Notes: generated by a model not told the origin, from the sequence alone. A stretch of 63,879 nucleotides of DNA, filler included, from Octopus bimaculoides (GCF_001194135.2; 7 parts of 7 records of this genome joined end to end with filler, not necessarily neighbours in it); one strand, 5' to 3'; numbered from the whole stretch's first letter, positions 37,772-50,084 are shown. Made by a program: numbers and translations.

Positions 37772-39620
37772 CAGGATTATATACCGGTCAAATGTGTCCT
37801 TACTGAAATTTCCTGAAAAAAAATAACTTTGGCTTTGAAGTACTCTCTCGAGGAGAGAGTATTCTCTACCAAAGTAAGTAAAAGAAAAACACCAGATATG
37901 GTATTAAAAGCTGTTAGCGACGCTGGAGTTGAGTATTTACAGCAGTGTGATGAACACACATTCTGGCAGATTAACGCCTGTCTATATGCTCTGGCTACTA
38001 TTGCAAAACTACATGAATGACATTCAAAAAGTAAACAAAACCGAATCAACAAAGAACCATCATGGGTTTTGAAGACAAAGAAAAAGATAACTGGTTTACG
38101 GAAGACCATCAGTCATGTAATTATGCTCATTGCATGCAAACAAGCAAATCAGTTTACGTCCCACTAACAGAAAGTAAAGGAGATAGAAAGGATGCTTGGA
38201 GACAGCAAAAAGAGGACACTCACTTGCAAAGTGAGTACCCTCAAGCAGGAGCATGAAATCTGTCAATGAAAAACTTCGACACCAGAAGAGAATAACCGAG
38301 AGAAGAACAATAAACAAAAATATTAGCCAAAACCAGACAGCAGTATACAGATACATGAGAGGAGGCGTAGTGAACATCACAGAAGCTTCTTCACGAGAAG
38401 AAATAGACTCCTTCTGGAGGAAAATCTGGAGCGAAGAGGAGTTTAACCAAGATGATCTATGGCTGGAAGAAATTTGAAGAAATTATTACTCCTGTGTTAC
38501 ATCCAATACATACAACATTGATGGAAAAGCACCTGGAAGAGACTTGATTGTTGGATATTGGTACAAGAAGCCAACCTTCTATTGGCAATATCTTATCAAG
38601 CTGTACCAGTAAGCACTCAATGGGAACAATAGCATACCACACTGGTTAGCTCTGGCAGGGACAAAATTAATCCCCAGATACAGAACCAACCACATGGCAA
38701 AAAAACTAGTGGCCAGTTACTTGCCAGAGCTTAATGTATAACATATACATAGCATGATTAAACCTCTTCCTCCAGGATCATTGTGAAACCAATAACATCA
38801 TCCCAGCAGAACAAGCAGCTGGAAAGAAGGGAGTTTGGAGATGTACCGAGCAATTGTCAAACAACAAAACCGTGATGTCAGAGCTGCGAGAGTAAAGGAG
38901 GAACCTAGTTTCAATGTGGCTAGACTACAAGAAAGCTTTTGACTCTGTTCCCCACTCATGGATACTAGAAGCTCTTCAACTTGCTAAGGTTCCAGTGAGC
39001 ATAGCCAAAGTCATAGCTAACCAGACTTCATTGTAGGCCACCATCTTGAAATTAAATACAAAGAGTGACTGTATTATCACTGATAGAATACAGTACCGCA
39101 AAGGCATATTCCAAGGGGACAGCCATTCTGTGATCTTGTTTATACTTTCTGTAAACCCCTTGTCATTCATGTTAAGGTCTGAAGGATACCTCACTGTTTC
39201 ACAAGGAAACAAAAATACCAAAATTACACAGTTTCTTTGTGGATGACTTGAAATTTTATGCAAAGAATATGCATGAGATGAAAGAGCCTTGACCTAGGTA
39301 CAACATTCTCAAAGGATGTAGGGTTGGAGTTTGGTCAGGATAAACGTTGTTATATGGTTGTGAAAAGGAGGAAAACTATATACCAGACTAGCAAGATCTC
39401 CATCAATGATCTCACTGTTTCCACTATATCTCAAACGGAATGTTACAGGGGTGGATGAAAAGATCTCTTACAATAGAATCTGTAACAAAATACGTGTCAC
39501 TAAAGAATATTACAGTCGAATAACGAAAATTTGGACCTCAGAACTTTCTGCATTCAATAAAACAGGGGCTCATAATGTGTTTGCAGTACCAGTATTCATA
39601 CCAACATTTGGGGTTAATCG
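37150..39620 (+). mobile_element. R4/Dong-type retrotransposon, N-terminus through RT, decayed
   Basis: FSWSYELNIDLF..GYMN..WDDLHP; WLDYKKAFDSVPHSW, GIFQGDS, VDDLK, AHNVFAVPV. Confidence 0.92.
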
Positions 39621-40109
39621 AGTACAGCATTTGCTAAGAATACAATTAACTGCTGTCAAATGTAAATTCCATTAACACTTTCCGAGCCGAAACTGATTAG
39701 CCATAAGCTACACACAGTAATGTTTTAAATTGAGGTGATACATTTGATAATCTAGTTGTAGTTGTAAAAAAAAATAATAATGATCACATTAGATTGATAG
39801 AGAAACTACCAGTCTTTTAGTGCGATTGAGCCTNNNNNNNNNNNNNNNNNNNNNNNNNNNNNNNNNNNNNNNNNNNNNNNNNNNNNNNNNNNNNNNNNNN
39901 NNNNNNNNNNNNNNNNNNNNNNNNNNNNNNNNNNNNNNNNNNNNNNNNNNNNNNNNNNNNNNNNNNNNNNNNNNNNNNNNNNNNNNNNNNNNNNNNNNNN
40001 NNNNNNNNNNNNNNNNNNNNNNNNNNNNNNNNNNNNNNNNNNNNNNNNNNNNNNNNNNNNNNNNNNNNNNNNNNNNNNNNNNNNNNNNATATATATATAT
40101 ATATATATA

Positions 40110-40317
40110 TATACCGGAGTAAGCACGTAAATGTGCAACAAGGTGGAAAAAAGAGTACTCAAATACCAGAGGCAGAGTAATATGCTTTATTTAAAAGTAG
40201 CAGAAATATAACAAAACACTGTTACTCGGAGTTTCACGTTCCCGTTCATCCGATCAACGGGAACGTGAAACTCCGAGTAACAGTCTTTTGTTATATTTCT
40301 GCTGCTTTTAAATAAAG
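40110..40317. mobile_element. PLE-type terminus forming a 62-bp-arm palindrome of two hammerhead scaffolds
   Basis: 40185-40246 is the reverse complement of 40256-40317 (60 of 62). Confidence 0.85.
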
Positions 40318-40574
40318 TGTATATATATATATATATATAGATATATATATATATATATTCCTTCGTATCTGTTTGTCTCTTTCTGGGAAAAATCGCCTTT
40401 GGTCAGGCCTGGAGACGTAGGTATTCATCAGGTCTAAGAGTACTCATGACGCGCTCTATACCACGACAAGGTTCTTGTAACTCTATCAGGAGTTGAGGAC
40501 CCAAGCTTAGTCTTGCTATTTTCAGAAAACAAGTAAATTTAGCTTCCTGTAAAAAGAAAGCAAACTGCTTGCAC

Positions 40575-40747
40575 AATCTTAGGTCAAACAACTGACAAGC
40601 AGAATATTTGTTGTAGCCCATCTTTTATACCAAGACAAAACAATGTACATGATAACACTTCCAATCAATTAAGATCAAGAAGCCATGAGAGCCACTGCCT
40701 GGTACTGCATCCGGGCATAGCCACTGCTTGGTACTGCATCCGGGCAT
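40575..40747 (-). mobile_element. Partial inverted copy of the 41407-41961 element, with a 29-bp terminal tandem duplication
   Basis: agccactgc.tggtactgcatccgggcat at 40690-40718 and 40719-40747. Confidence 0.9.
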
Positions 40748-40785
40748 TGCCATTGCCTGAACGAAAATAAATCGGATACAACAGG

Positions 40786-40813
<28 letters not shown>

Positions 40814-40818
<5 letters not shown>

Positions 40819-40923
40819 TAGTTTTATTTTTATAACGTGCTTTCACTTCACTACCGAGCGCAGCTCTGTGCGCCTTGGGTATGTGCTGTGGTTTGCTGTG
40901 GTGCTCTTATGTTTACTGTATTG
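40814..40923 (-). mobile_element. 110-bp 3' end of an REL element inside (ATT)n
   Basis: Identical (110 of 110) to 44096-44205, reverse complemented. Confidence 0.95.
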
Positions 40924-40962
<39 letters not shown>

Positions 40963-40974
40963 ATTATTATTATT

Positions 40975-41054
40975 AAGGCGGTGAGCTGTCAGAATCATTA
41001 ACACATTGTATAAAATGCTTAGCAACGTTTCCTCAGGCTCTTTAGAGTCTACGT
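40975..41054 (+). mobile_element. SINE head fragment
   Basis: aaggcggtgagctgtcagaatcattaac...aaatgcttagc. Confidence 0.6.
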
Positions 41055-41373
41055 NNNNNNNNNNNNNNNNNNNNNNNNNNNNNNNNNNNNNNNNNNNNNN
41101 NNNNNNNNNNNNNNNNNNNNNNNNNNNNNNNNNNNNNNNNNNNNNNNNNNNNNNNNNNNNNNNNNNNNNNNNNNNNNNNNNNNNNNNNNNNNNNNNNNNN
41201 NNNNNNNNNNNNNNNNNNNNNNNNNNNNNNNNNNNNNNNNNNNNNNNNNNNNNNNNNNNNNNNNNNNNNNNNNNNNNNNNNNNNNNNNNNNNNNNNNNNN
41301 NNNNNNNNNNNNNNNNNNNNNNNNNNNNNNNNNNNNNNNNNNNNNNNNNNNNNNNNNNNNNNNNNNNNNNNNN

Positions 41374-41406
<33 letters not shown>

Positions 41407-41408
<2 letters not shown>

Positions 41409-41961
41409 CCCTGATGCAGTACCAGGCAGTGGCTCTCATGGCTTCTGATCTTAATTGATTGGAAGCGTTATCATGTACATTGTTTTGTCTTGATATAAAA
41501 GATGGGCTACAGCAAATATTCTGCTTAATACCACAGATTTACTTGCCAGTTGTTTGACCTTAACCAGTTGAGCATTTCCCTTGGTGGCTGACGATATGTG
41601 CATCTCTGATCACGAGCAGAAGTAGTGGAGGAGCATCATAGCCATGTGTTGAGAGGAATTCTTTGGGGTTTGAATAATTCACCTTTGGAAACATAGGTGC
41701 TTTGCTCAACATCCGTAAACAAACCTTATTCAGGGACCTTTTAAGCAGAATGGGCTACTCGACCTGAAGAAAATTCTAACTGGGCCCCACCTGCGAGGTC
41801 ATGCGCTGTTTATCTTGCTATGAGATCACCATGTCACGCACATATGGTTTTGATGCATGTGCCTGGTGTATCCTTATCAGACGGGTAGTCATGATGGGTA
41901 TAATGGGCTTCATATATTTTACCCCAGTGTCACTTTGATGACATGCTTTGCTCTCTTACTC
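41407..41961 (+). mobile_element. About 555-bp non-coding element flanked on both sides by (AAT)n
   Basis: Sharp boundaries against (AAT)n; a second copy lies at 40575-40747. Strand assigned by analogy with neighbouring REL elements. Confidence 0.75.
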
Positions 41962-42039
<78 letters not shown>

Positions 42040-42890
42040 CGAAAGTTACCTTTATCAAAGGAAAAATTACAGAAACATCCAGTGTTAATCTTGAGCAGTA
42101 GAATGTCATAAAAGAATTAGAACCAGTGGAGAGCTACAAATACCTAGGGATATTTGAAGGGGACGGAATCAAACATTCAGTGATGAGGGAAAGGATCAGA
42201 AGAGAATGTTATCACAGGGTAAGGGAAATACTCAAGACAGAGCCGAATGCAAGAAACAGGATCGAAGCGATCAATGCTTTTGCCATACCAGTCGTGACTT
42301 ACAGTTTCAACACCATTAACTGGTCAATTACTGAAATATGTAATCTTGACAGAAAAATACGAAAATTGTTGACAATGCATAGAATACACTACCGTAAGGC
42401 AGATATAGAACGACTTTACCTGCCAAGAAAAGAGGACGGCCATAGACTTTTACAACTGGAATTAACAATGAAGATTGCCATAATCAGCCAAGACACCTAC
42501 CTGATAAACTCTGATGACTGGATGTTAAAACTTGTCTCAAAGCATGAAAACAAGACAGCATCATATTCAGTAGCAAAACAGGCAAAGGAATATCTAAGTG
42601 AATTCGAAATACAACAAATTCCAGAATTAGACGTACTAGAAACAAGGACAGAAAAAGCTAAGCGTATGAAAACCCGTGCTAAAACTGCTGCCTTAGATAT
42701 TCTTACTGATAAATACCCAAACAGAGCAAATACCCAAACAGAGCTAATGTTGTCTCCATGTGCGGTCTTCTTGCGCCTACAGAGTATCTCAACAGGCATG
42801 ATAGAGCAGCACAATATATTTACTGGGTAATTTGCGAAAACCTGGACCTGCTGTATGATAAAAACTGGTGGGAACACAAACCACCTCCAG
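42040..42890 (+). mobile_element. R4/Dong-type fragment E1 (RT thumb to RHD, internal deletion)
   Basis: ESYKYLGI, AINAFAIPVVTYSF, RLYLPRKEDG, LAPTEYLNRHD. Confidence 0.92.
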
Positions 42891-43530
42891 TAGATTGCCA
42901 ATGTAGGCTATGCAAATCAACAGGAAAGCGTTACTCATATAGTAAGTGAATGTAACATGTTGGCACAGAAGGAATACAAGAAAACACATGACAACCTAGG
43001 GAGAGTAATCCACTGGGACTTACGTAGAAAGCTAGGATTTGAACATGCTAATAAATATGAACACGAACCTAGTAAAGAACTAGAGAGTAAGAAATATAAA
43101 ATGTTGTGGGACATTAACATTCAGACTGACAGAGTCATAGAAACTAGAAAACCTGATTTAATAGTAGTTGATAAAAAGAGTAGAATGTGCTAGATAATTG
43201 ATTTTTACAATCCCAAATAATGAAAAATATCAGTATGAGAGGTGAGGAAAAAATAGCAAAGGACCAGGATCTGGCCATTGAATTACAGACACTATAGAAA
43301 GTGCGGGTAAAATGTATCCCAATAGTTATAGGTGCATTGGGAACTATACCTAAAGATTTGAACAGATGGATAGAAAAAATAGGCATAAAAACCAGTTTAG
43401 TACAGCTCCAGAAAACAGAGTTACTGGGGACAGCTAGGATACTTAGGAGGGTTCTTGGCATCTAAGATTACTTGAAGCTCGATGTTAGAATTTTTTCTTT
43501 TCCAACTGTCTAATCTGTTGTGTATATATA
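42891..43530 (+). mobile_element. R4/Dong-type fragment E2 (CCHC + REL + 3' UTR)
   Basis: CRLC, ESVTHIVSEC, RKPDLIVVD, IGALG, LLGTARILRRVL*. Confidence 0.92.
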
Positions 43531-43617
<87 letters not shown>

Positions 43618-44205
43618 TCACAGACACGACAGAGCTGGGACCTATATACACTGGAAGCTATGCCAACACTATGGAATAACAACAGAAAAAAGATGGTATA
43701 AAAGGTCACAGAAAAGGTCACAGAAAACGAGAAAGAAACCATACTCTGAGATATGCCAATACACACAGATAGAGAAATTAAGGTAAATAGACCAGATATA
43801 GTTGTCAAAGATCATGAAGAAAAAAAATGCTTTCTAATTGATGTATCAATACCAGCAGATGACAACGTTTCTCTAAAAGAAATGGAAAAACTTTCAAAAT
43901 ACAAAGACCTGGAAATAGAGATAACTCGAATGTGGAATCTAAAAACAGAAACAATTCCTATCATAGTAGGTGCCTTAGGTATAATAAAAAAATATTCAGA
44001 CAAATACATAACAAAAACACCAGGACTTACAAATATATATAACATACAGAAAATTGCACTACTGGGTACTGCACACATTCTACGCAAAACACTTTCAATA
44101 CAGTAAACATAAGAGCACCACAGCAAACCACAGCACATACCCAAGGCGCACAGAGCTGCGCTCGGTAGTGAAGTGAAAGCACGTTATAAAAATAAAACTA
44201 CTGAA
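43618..44205 (+). mobile_element. R4/Dong-type fragment E3, young
   Basis: RHDRAG, NRPDIVVKD...IDVSIP...EKLSKYKDL, LLGTAHILRK*; open over the REL domain. Confidence 0.95.
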
Positions 44206-44229
44206 CAATAATAATAATAATAAATAATA

Positions 44230-44345
44230 TAGGCACAAGGCTAACAATTTCAGGGGATATCGATTATATAGACGCCAGTTATCAACTCCGAACGGATAGA
44301 TGGCAAAGTGGACCTCGTCGGAATTTGAACTCAGAACGTAATGAC
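44230..44345 (-). mobile_element. SINE fragment
   Basis: ggcacaaggc...ggcaaagtggacctcgtcggaatttgaactcagaacgt. Confidence 0.75.
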
Positions 44346-45010
44346 TGTTTTTGCTGTGCTGCATTTGTAATAGAGTGGATGAAACCATTGTCCATATCAC
44401 AGACTTGCCCAAAACCACAACAAGTTCTGGCGACATGATCAGGTAGCGAAAGTGCTACACTGGAAACTGTGCGAAAAGTGGGGAGTATAGAGAGGCAAGA
44501 CGTGGTATGAACACAAACCACAGAAAGTGGCGGAGTCGGAGACTAGCAAAGTCTTCTGGGATTTGCCAATCCAAACAGATCAGATGCTGGAGCATAACAG
44601 ACTGAACCTAGTGGTGGTCGACAAGATGCACCACATGTGCTATATAGTTGGTGTTGCATGCCTCTTTGACCCACGAATAGTCAAGAAGGAAAGCGAAAAA
44701 ATGAATAAATACAACCCTCTTGAGTATGAAATAGCCCGGCTATGGAAAATGAAGAAGGTGATGATAATGCCAGTTATTGTTGGGTCCTTGGGAACAGTAT
44801 CAGTAGACATCAGGAGGAATATAAAGGAAACAGGAATAGAATGTCCAGTAGAACTGTTACAAATGGTTTGCCTCCTGGGCACGGCCAGAATAATCAAGGA
44901 AGTGTTAGATAGCTGAAAAGAGTAGATAGAATGGTACTGTAGGCTGCAGGTAGCAAGCCCGCTACGCATGCAAGACCTCAGGAGCTCCAACAAAACCTGT
45001 GATAAAAAGA
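44346..45010 (+). mobile_element. R4/Dong-type fragment E4
   Basis: RHDQVAKVLHW, WDLPIQTD, LLGTARII; ends in (AAT)n. Confidence 0.92.
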
Positions 45011-45011
<1 letters not shown>

Positions 45012-45070
<59 letters not shown>

Positions 45071-45407
45071 NNNNNNNNNNNNNNNNNNNNNNNNNNNNNN
45101 NNNNNNNNNNNNNNNNNNNNNNNNNNNNNNNNNNNNNNNNNNNNNNNNNNNNNNNNNNNNNNNNNNNNNNNNNNNNNNNNNNNNNNNNNNNNNNNNNNNN
45201 NNNNNNNNNNNNNNNNNNNNNNNNNNNNNNNNNNNNNNNNNNNNNNNNNNNNNNNNNNNNNNNNNNNNNNNNNNNNNNNNNNNNNNNNNNNNNNNNNNNN
45301 NNNNNNNNNNNNNNNNNNNNNNNNNNNNNNNNNNNNNNNNNNNNNNNNNNNNNNNNNNNNNNNNNNNNNNNNNNNNNNNNNNNNNNNNNNNNNNNNNNNN
45401 NNNNNNN

Positions 45408-45502
<95 letters not shown>

Positions 45503-45518
45503 GTAGCAATAGTAGTAA

Positions 45519-45553
<35 letters not shown>

Positions 45554-45554
45554 A

Positions 45555-45587
<33 letters not shown>
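45012..45587. repeat. Compound (AAT)n-(AAG)n-(AGT)n tract across a gap
   Basis: Read directly from the sequence. Confidence 0.9.
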
Positions 45588-45588
<1 letters not shown>

Positions 45589-46224
45589 TTTTAGTTCGTT
45601 TCAGCTATCGCAACAGAGGCCATGCTGGAGTAAAAACACGTTGTTGACAATATGTGTCCGTTGCGTGTGCGAGCACGTGCGTGACAGGATGTAGCTGTGA
45701 TAAAAACAGGATATATATTCAGGATGATCTTTTATTCCTTAAAAATATATATATATATACATACACATATACACACATGCGGAAGTATGCGATCAGTACA
45801 AGTGTTTGTATATATGTGTGTGTGCGAGCGCGCGCGCGTGCGTTATAGACACCGCCATGTTTCTCCGCGGAAGTTTAACAAATATCAAGGCAGGAAAGTC
45901 TCCATTGCAACATTTGTTTCTTAATCTTTATCGCAATCTCTCTCTCACGCTAATCACCGTCTCTCTTCTTTTCTATCCATCTTTCCACCTCATTCTTCCC
46001 CTTCTGTTTCTCCCTCTCTTTTTTTCTCTCTCATTCCTCACTCTTCCTTCCTCCCCCTCCCCCCAATTCCGCAGCATTTCCCTCTCTATATGTTACTCTA
46101 CATCCTCACTTCCTCTCTCCATTATGTATCAAGAGACCATTTGAGTGTGTGTGTGTGTCTCTGCATCGGATTCATGTGCACATACACACACACATACATA
46201 CATACATACATATACATATATATA

Positions 46225-46291
<67 letters not shown>

Positions 46292-46405
46292 GTATATGTA
46301 TATATNNNNNNNNNNNNNNNNNNNNNNNNNNNNNNNNNNNNNNNNNNNNTTAATTAATTAANNNNNNNNNNNNNNNNNNNNNNNNNNNNNNNNNNNNNNN
46401 NNNNN

Positions 46406-46446
<41 letters not shown>

Positions 46447-47253
46447 CAATGTATGATATATTCGAGAAAGACACACGCTCTAAAGTGTAAAGCAGTAATC
46501 AGAGCCTGATGGAGACAGACTGAGTGTGGTAGATTTGTCAATCTAAAAGTTGATTTATTTCTCGTAGCAAATTAAATTTTGTGATTATTTATAACCGAAA
46601 ACCTTGTCGTCAGGACGCAGGTTTCGAAAATCAAATCCGTTTTCCTGAGGACGCACCATTTTGGAGCCTTTCCATGAGACATTCACAAACGTACACACAT
46701 ACACTTATATACATGAGTGCATGTGTGTGTGTGTGTGTGTGTGTTTGTGTATGTGTGTATTTGTGTGTGTGTTTGTGTTGGTGTGTGCAGAGAGATGCAG
46801 TCATTGTACGATGATGGGAATGCATTAAGAGAGACCTCTCTGTCAATTCAGCCGGCAGCGTCTGATTTTCAAGTGTCTGGTGCCGAGGAGGAGATAACCA
46901 CTCCGAAATGCATGCATTCAACAGTCTGTTTGGGGAGTGGTACGAACTGTGTACAGCAAGAGATTTTCTCCATGACAAAATACGGTGAATGTTGTTTTTT
47001 TTTCGGGCTTGAATATGCCTCAAGCATATTGGAGATAGTAACAAATTGTATTTACACACATCACTGCTTAGCGCATTATTCCATATGTATGTATGTATGT
47101 ATGTTTATGTATTCATGTGTATATATTTATGTGTATGTATGTATATGTATTCATGTGTATATGTTTATGTGTATTTATGTGTATATAGGTGTATATAGGT
47201 GTATATGTATATATTTATATCTGTCTACCTATAATCATACATACATACATACA

Positions 47254-47285
<32 letters not shown>

Positions 47286-47978
47286 CACTCACATACAGAA
47301 GATAGATGATGATTTCATAATTTTGAACAACGCTTGACTAGAAATATATATAACGATACATGACAACATATATTGAATCATATAATATATGTGTGTATAA
47401 TAAATGTGTGTATATAATAAATGTGTGTATGCAATTTTTCTCTCTAACGTGTTGTATATTTTAATCTAAGCTCACCTACAGACATATAAAATGCATAATT
47501 ATATAAGACGACAATATCTATAAATGGATATATATATACGTACGTGTCTCTGTGTGTGTTGTGTGTGCGTGTGTGTGTGTGTGTGTGTGCATATTGATGC
47601 ATATGTGTAAGCCTATATGAGTGTGGGTGTGTGTTATAACTATGTATGTGTGCGTTGAAGTGTACGGAACCAATTTTAGATAAATCTAATCTTATCCGTT
47701 TGCCATCGTCGTGTCACTGACAAGCGTAACGTCGTTGCTGTTGGTTCTCTCGGCAGCTTTGATAATGATAATAATAATAATAAACTCTGATTTTGTCGAT
47801 ATTTCAAAATGAAAAAAGAGAGAAGCGTATGATGGCGAAGATTTAAGTGTTGGGGGCTAGCCTTAATAAGGCTACTTAGTGCAGGCGTTAGGTGATAATT
47901 GCACACATATCTGTACAAGTGTATAAATCTACGGATGTTTATTTGTAAATACCACATTGTTATAGTATTATCCCCACG

Positions 47979-48019
<41 letters not shown>

Positions 48020-48948
48020 TACATATATTGCATGTGTGTGTATATATGTATGTATATACATATATATATATATATATATATNNNNNNNNNNNNNNNNNNN
48101 NNNNNNNNNNNNNNNNNNNNNNNNNNNNNNNNNNNNNNNNNNNNNNNNNNNNNNNNNNNNNNNNNNNNNNNNNNNNNNNNNNNNNNNNNNNNNNNNNNNN
48201 NNNNNNNNNNNNNNNNNNNNNNNNNNNNNNNNNNNNNNNNNNNNNNNNNNNNNNNNNNNNNNNNNNNNNNNNNNNNNNNNNNNNNNNNNNNNNNNNNNNN
48301 NNNNNNNNNNNNNNNNNNNNNNNNNNNNNNNNNNNNNNNNNNNNNNNNNNNNNNNNNNNNNNNNNNNNNNNNNNNNNNNNNNNNNNNNNNNNNNNNNNNN
48401 NNNNNNNNNNNNNNNNNNNNNNNNNNNNNNNNNNNNNNNNNNNNNNNNNNNNNNNNNNNNNNNNNNNNNNNNNNNNNNNNNNNNNNNNNNNNNNNNNNNN
48501 NNNNNNNNNNNNNNNNNNNNNNNNNNNNNNNNNNNNNNNNNNNNNNNNNNNNNNNNNNNNNNNNNNNNNNNNNNNNNNNNNNNNNNNNNNNNNNNNNNNN
48601 NNNNNNNNNNNNNNNNNNNNNNNNNNNNNNNNNNNNNNNNNNNNNNNNNNNNNNNNNNNNNNNNNNNNNNNNNNNNNNNNNNNNNNNNNNNNNNNNNNNN
48701 NNNNNNNNNNNNNNNNNNNNNNNNNNNNNNNNNNNNNNNNNNNNNNNNNNNNNNNNNNNNNNNNNNNNNNNNNNNNNNNNNNNNNNNNNNNNNNNNNNNN
48801 NNNNNNNNNNNNNNNNNNNNNNNNNNNNNNNNNNNNNNNNNNNNNNNNNNNNNNNNNNNNNNNNNNNNNNNNNNNNNNNNNNNNNNNNNNNNNNNNNNNN
48901 NNNNNNNNNNNNNNNNNNNNNNNNNNNNNNNNNNNNNNNNNNNNNNNN

Positions 48949-48985
<37 letters not shown>

Positions 48986-48989
<4 letters not shown>

Positions 48990-49200
48990 CAAAATGAGAT
49001 AACAAAGCCAAGGCTGTGAGGAGTTTCCAGGACACTTAATAAGGAAAAAGATATATAGTCTTACAGCTTTTTCTCGGATATTATGGATATCCCTTCATCA
49101 GAGACGATGAGTTCGAAATAAGGAATTATTATGAAAAAGGAGATAAGGAATACAGAGGGAAATAAGAAAATGAAAGTAGAAATGAAAATATAAAATATAT
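48986..49200 (-). mobile_element. PLE terminus, same family as 33-376
   Basis: aatgagataa...ccaaggct...gtcttacagct...atatcccttcatcag is shared with 33-150. Confidence 0.75.
49058..49105 (-). ncRNA. Minimal hammerhead motif, second copy
   Basis: GUCU-CUGAUGA-A-GGGAUAU[CCAUA]AUAUCCG-A-GAAA-A[AGCU]GUA-AGAC; perfect stem I. Confidence 0.65.
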
Positions 49201-49204
49201 AAAG

Positions 49205-49643
49205 ATATTGTAGAGAGAGTAGAGATTGAGTTTTTTTAGTCGACCTCAATAGTCAATGCCTCTCATGCCGTCTATTTTTCTTGTTATTAACCTCTGGTGT
49301 GCTTCTACTTTCATAATGAGTTGCTTCGTATGGGGAGGCCACAGTGGGCAAAAGGATCTGTTTGGTATTGTCCAATGGGAAGAAAAAACAATGTGTTTAT
49401 AAATGAAGATAAGTTTGATTTGATCCACTTTGGAAAAGAGGATACTCTGAAATTACCAAGTGCTCTTCCCTCGAGCGACTCCCTAGTGTCATTCAAAAAC
49501 ACCAGAGACCTTGTAGTAATTGTTGATAACAATCTAAGCTGGATTTCTCACGTAAACAGCAAGGTTGACTTGGCCCGTAAGATATACACTTGGATTCTGA
49601 GAACTTTCCGGTCTAGAGATGTCCGCACCATCATCCTTCTCTC
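49205..49643 (-). mobile_element. CR1/L2-type LINE fragment with an inverted segment
   Basis: 49396-49643 is sense on + (NEDKFDLIHFG...LRTFRSRD); 49205-49395 is sense on - (HTKQLIMKVEAHQR...KLNLYSL). Confidence 0.85.
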
Positions 49644-49979
49644 ATATATTACTGGTCTTGTGCCTAAACGAGAAACCGTTATTATCCTTACCTCTGGCAC
49701 ACACGCATATATGCATTGTAGATAATTTTTTGCGTAAAAGATTTGAGATGCAGTAATTTCCTCTGCTCATATAACAAATATGATGGCAACTTAATAGCCT
49801 GATGCATTCCAGTGATCTTGCCATTTTGAGATTTTTTCATGAGAGCTGTAAAGAAATTATAAGAAAAATACAGGAGATCTTTGTTAAAAGATGTCTCTGT
49901 TTATGTTCAATCGAATAAAATTACTTGCAGGAAACGGACTACGATATTTATCTTTAAGATGTTCCAGACTCACTAACAA

Positions 49980-50084
<105 letters not shown>

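Noticed and set aside
41407-41480. HDV-like ribozyme at the element 5' end
   Set aside because: Only a short hairpin is possible; there is no room for the P2/P3 nested pseudoknot.
41390-45070. CRISPR-like repeat/spacer array
   Set aside because: The repeats are variable-length microsatellites, the spacers are retrotransposon fragments, and the context is eukaryotic.
47697-47815. Hydrophobic TM-like reading frame
   Set aside because: It is short, has no start or splice support, and is partly derived from an (ATA)n run.
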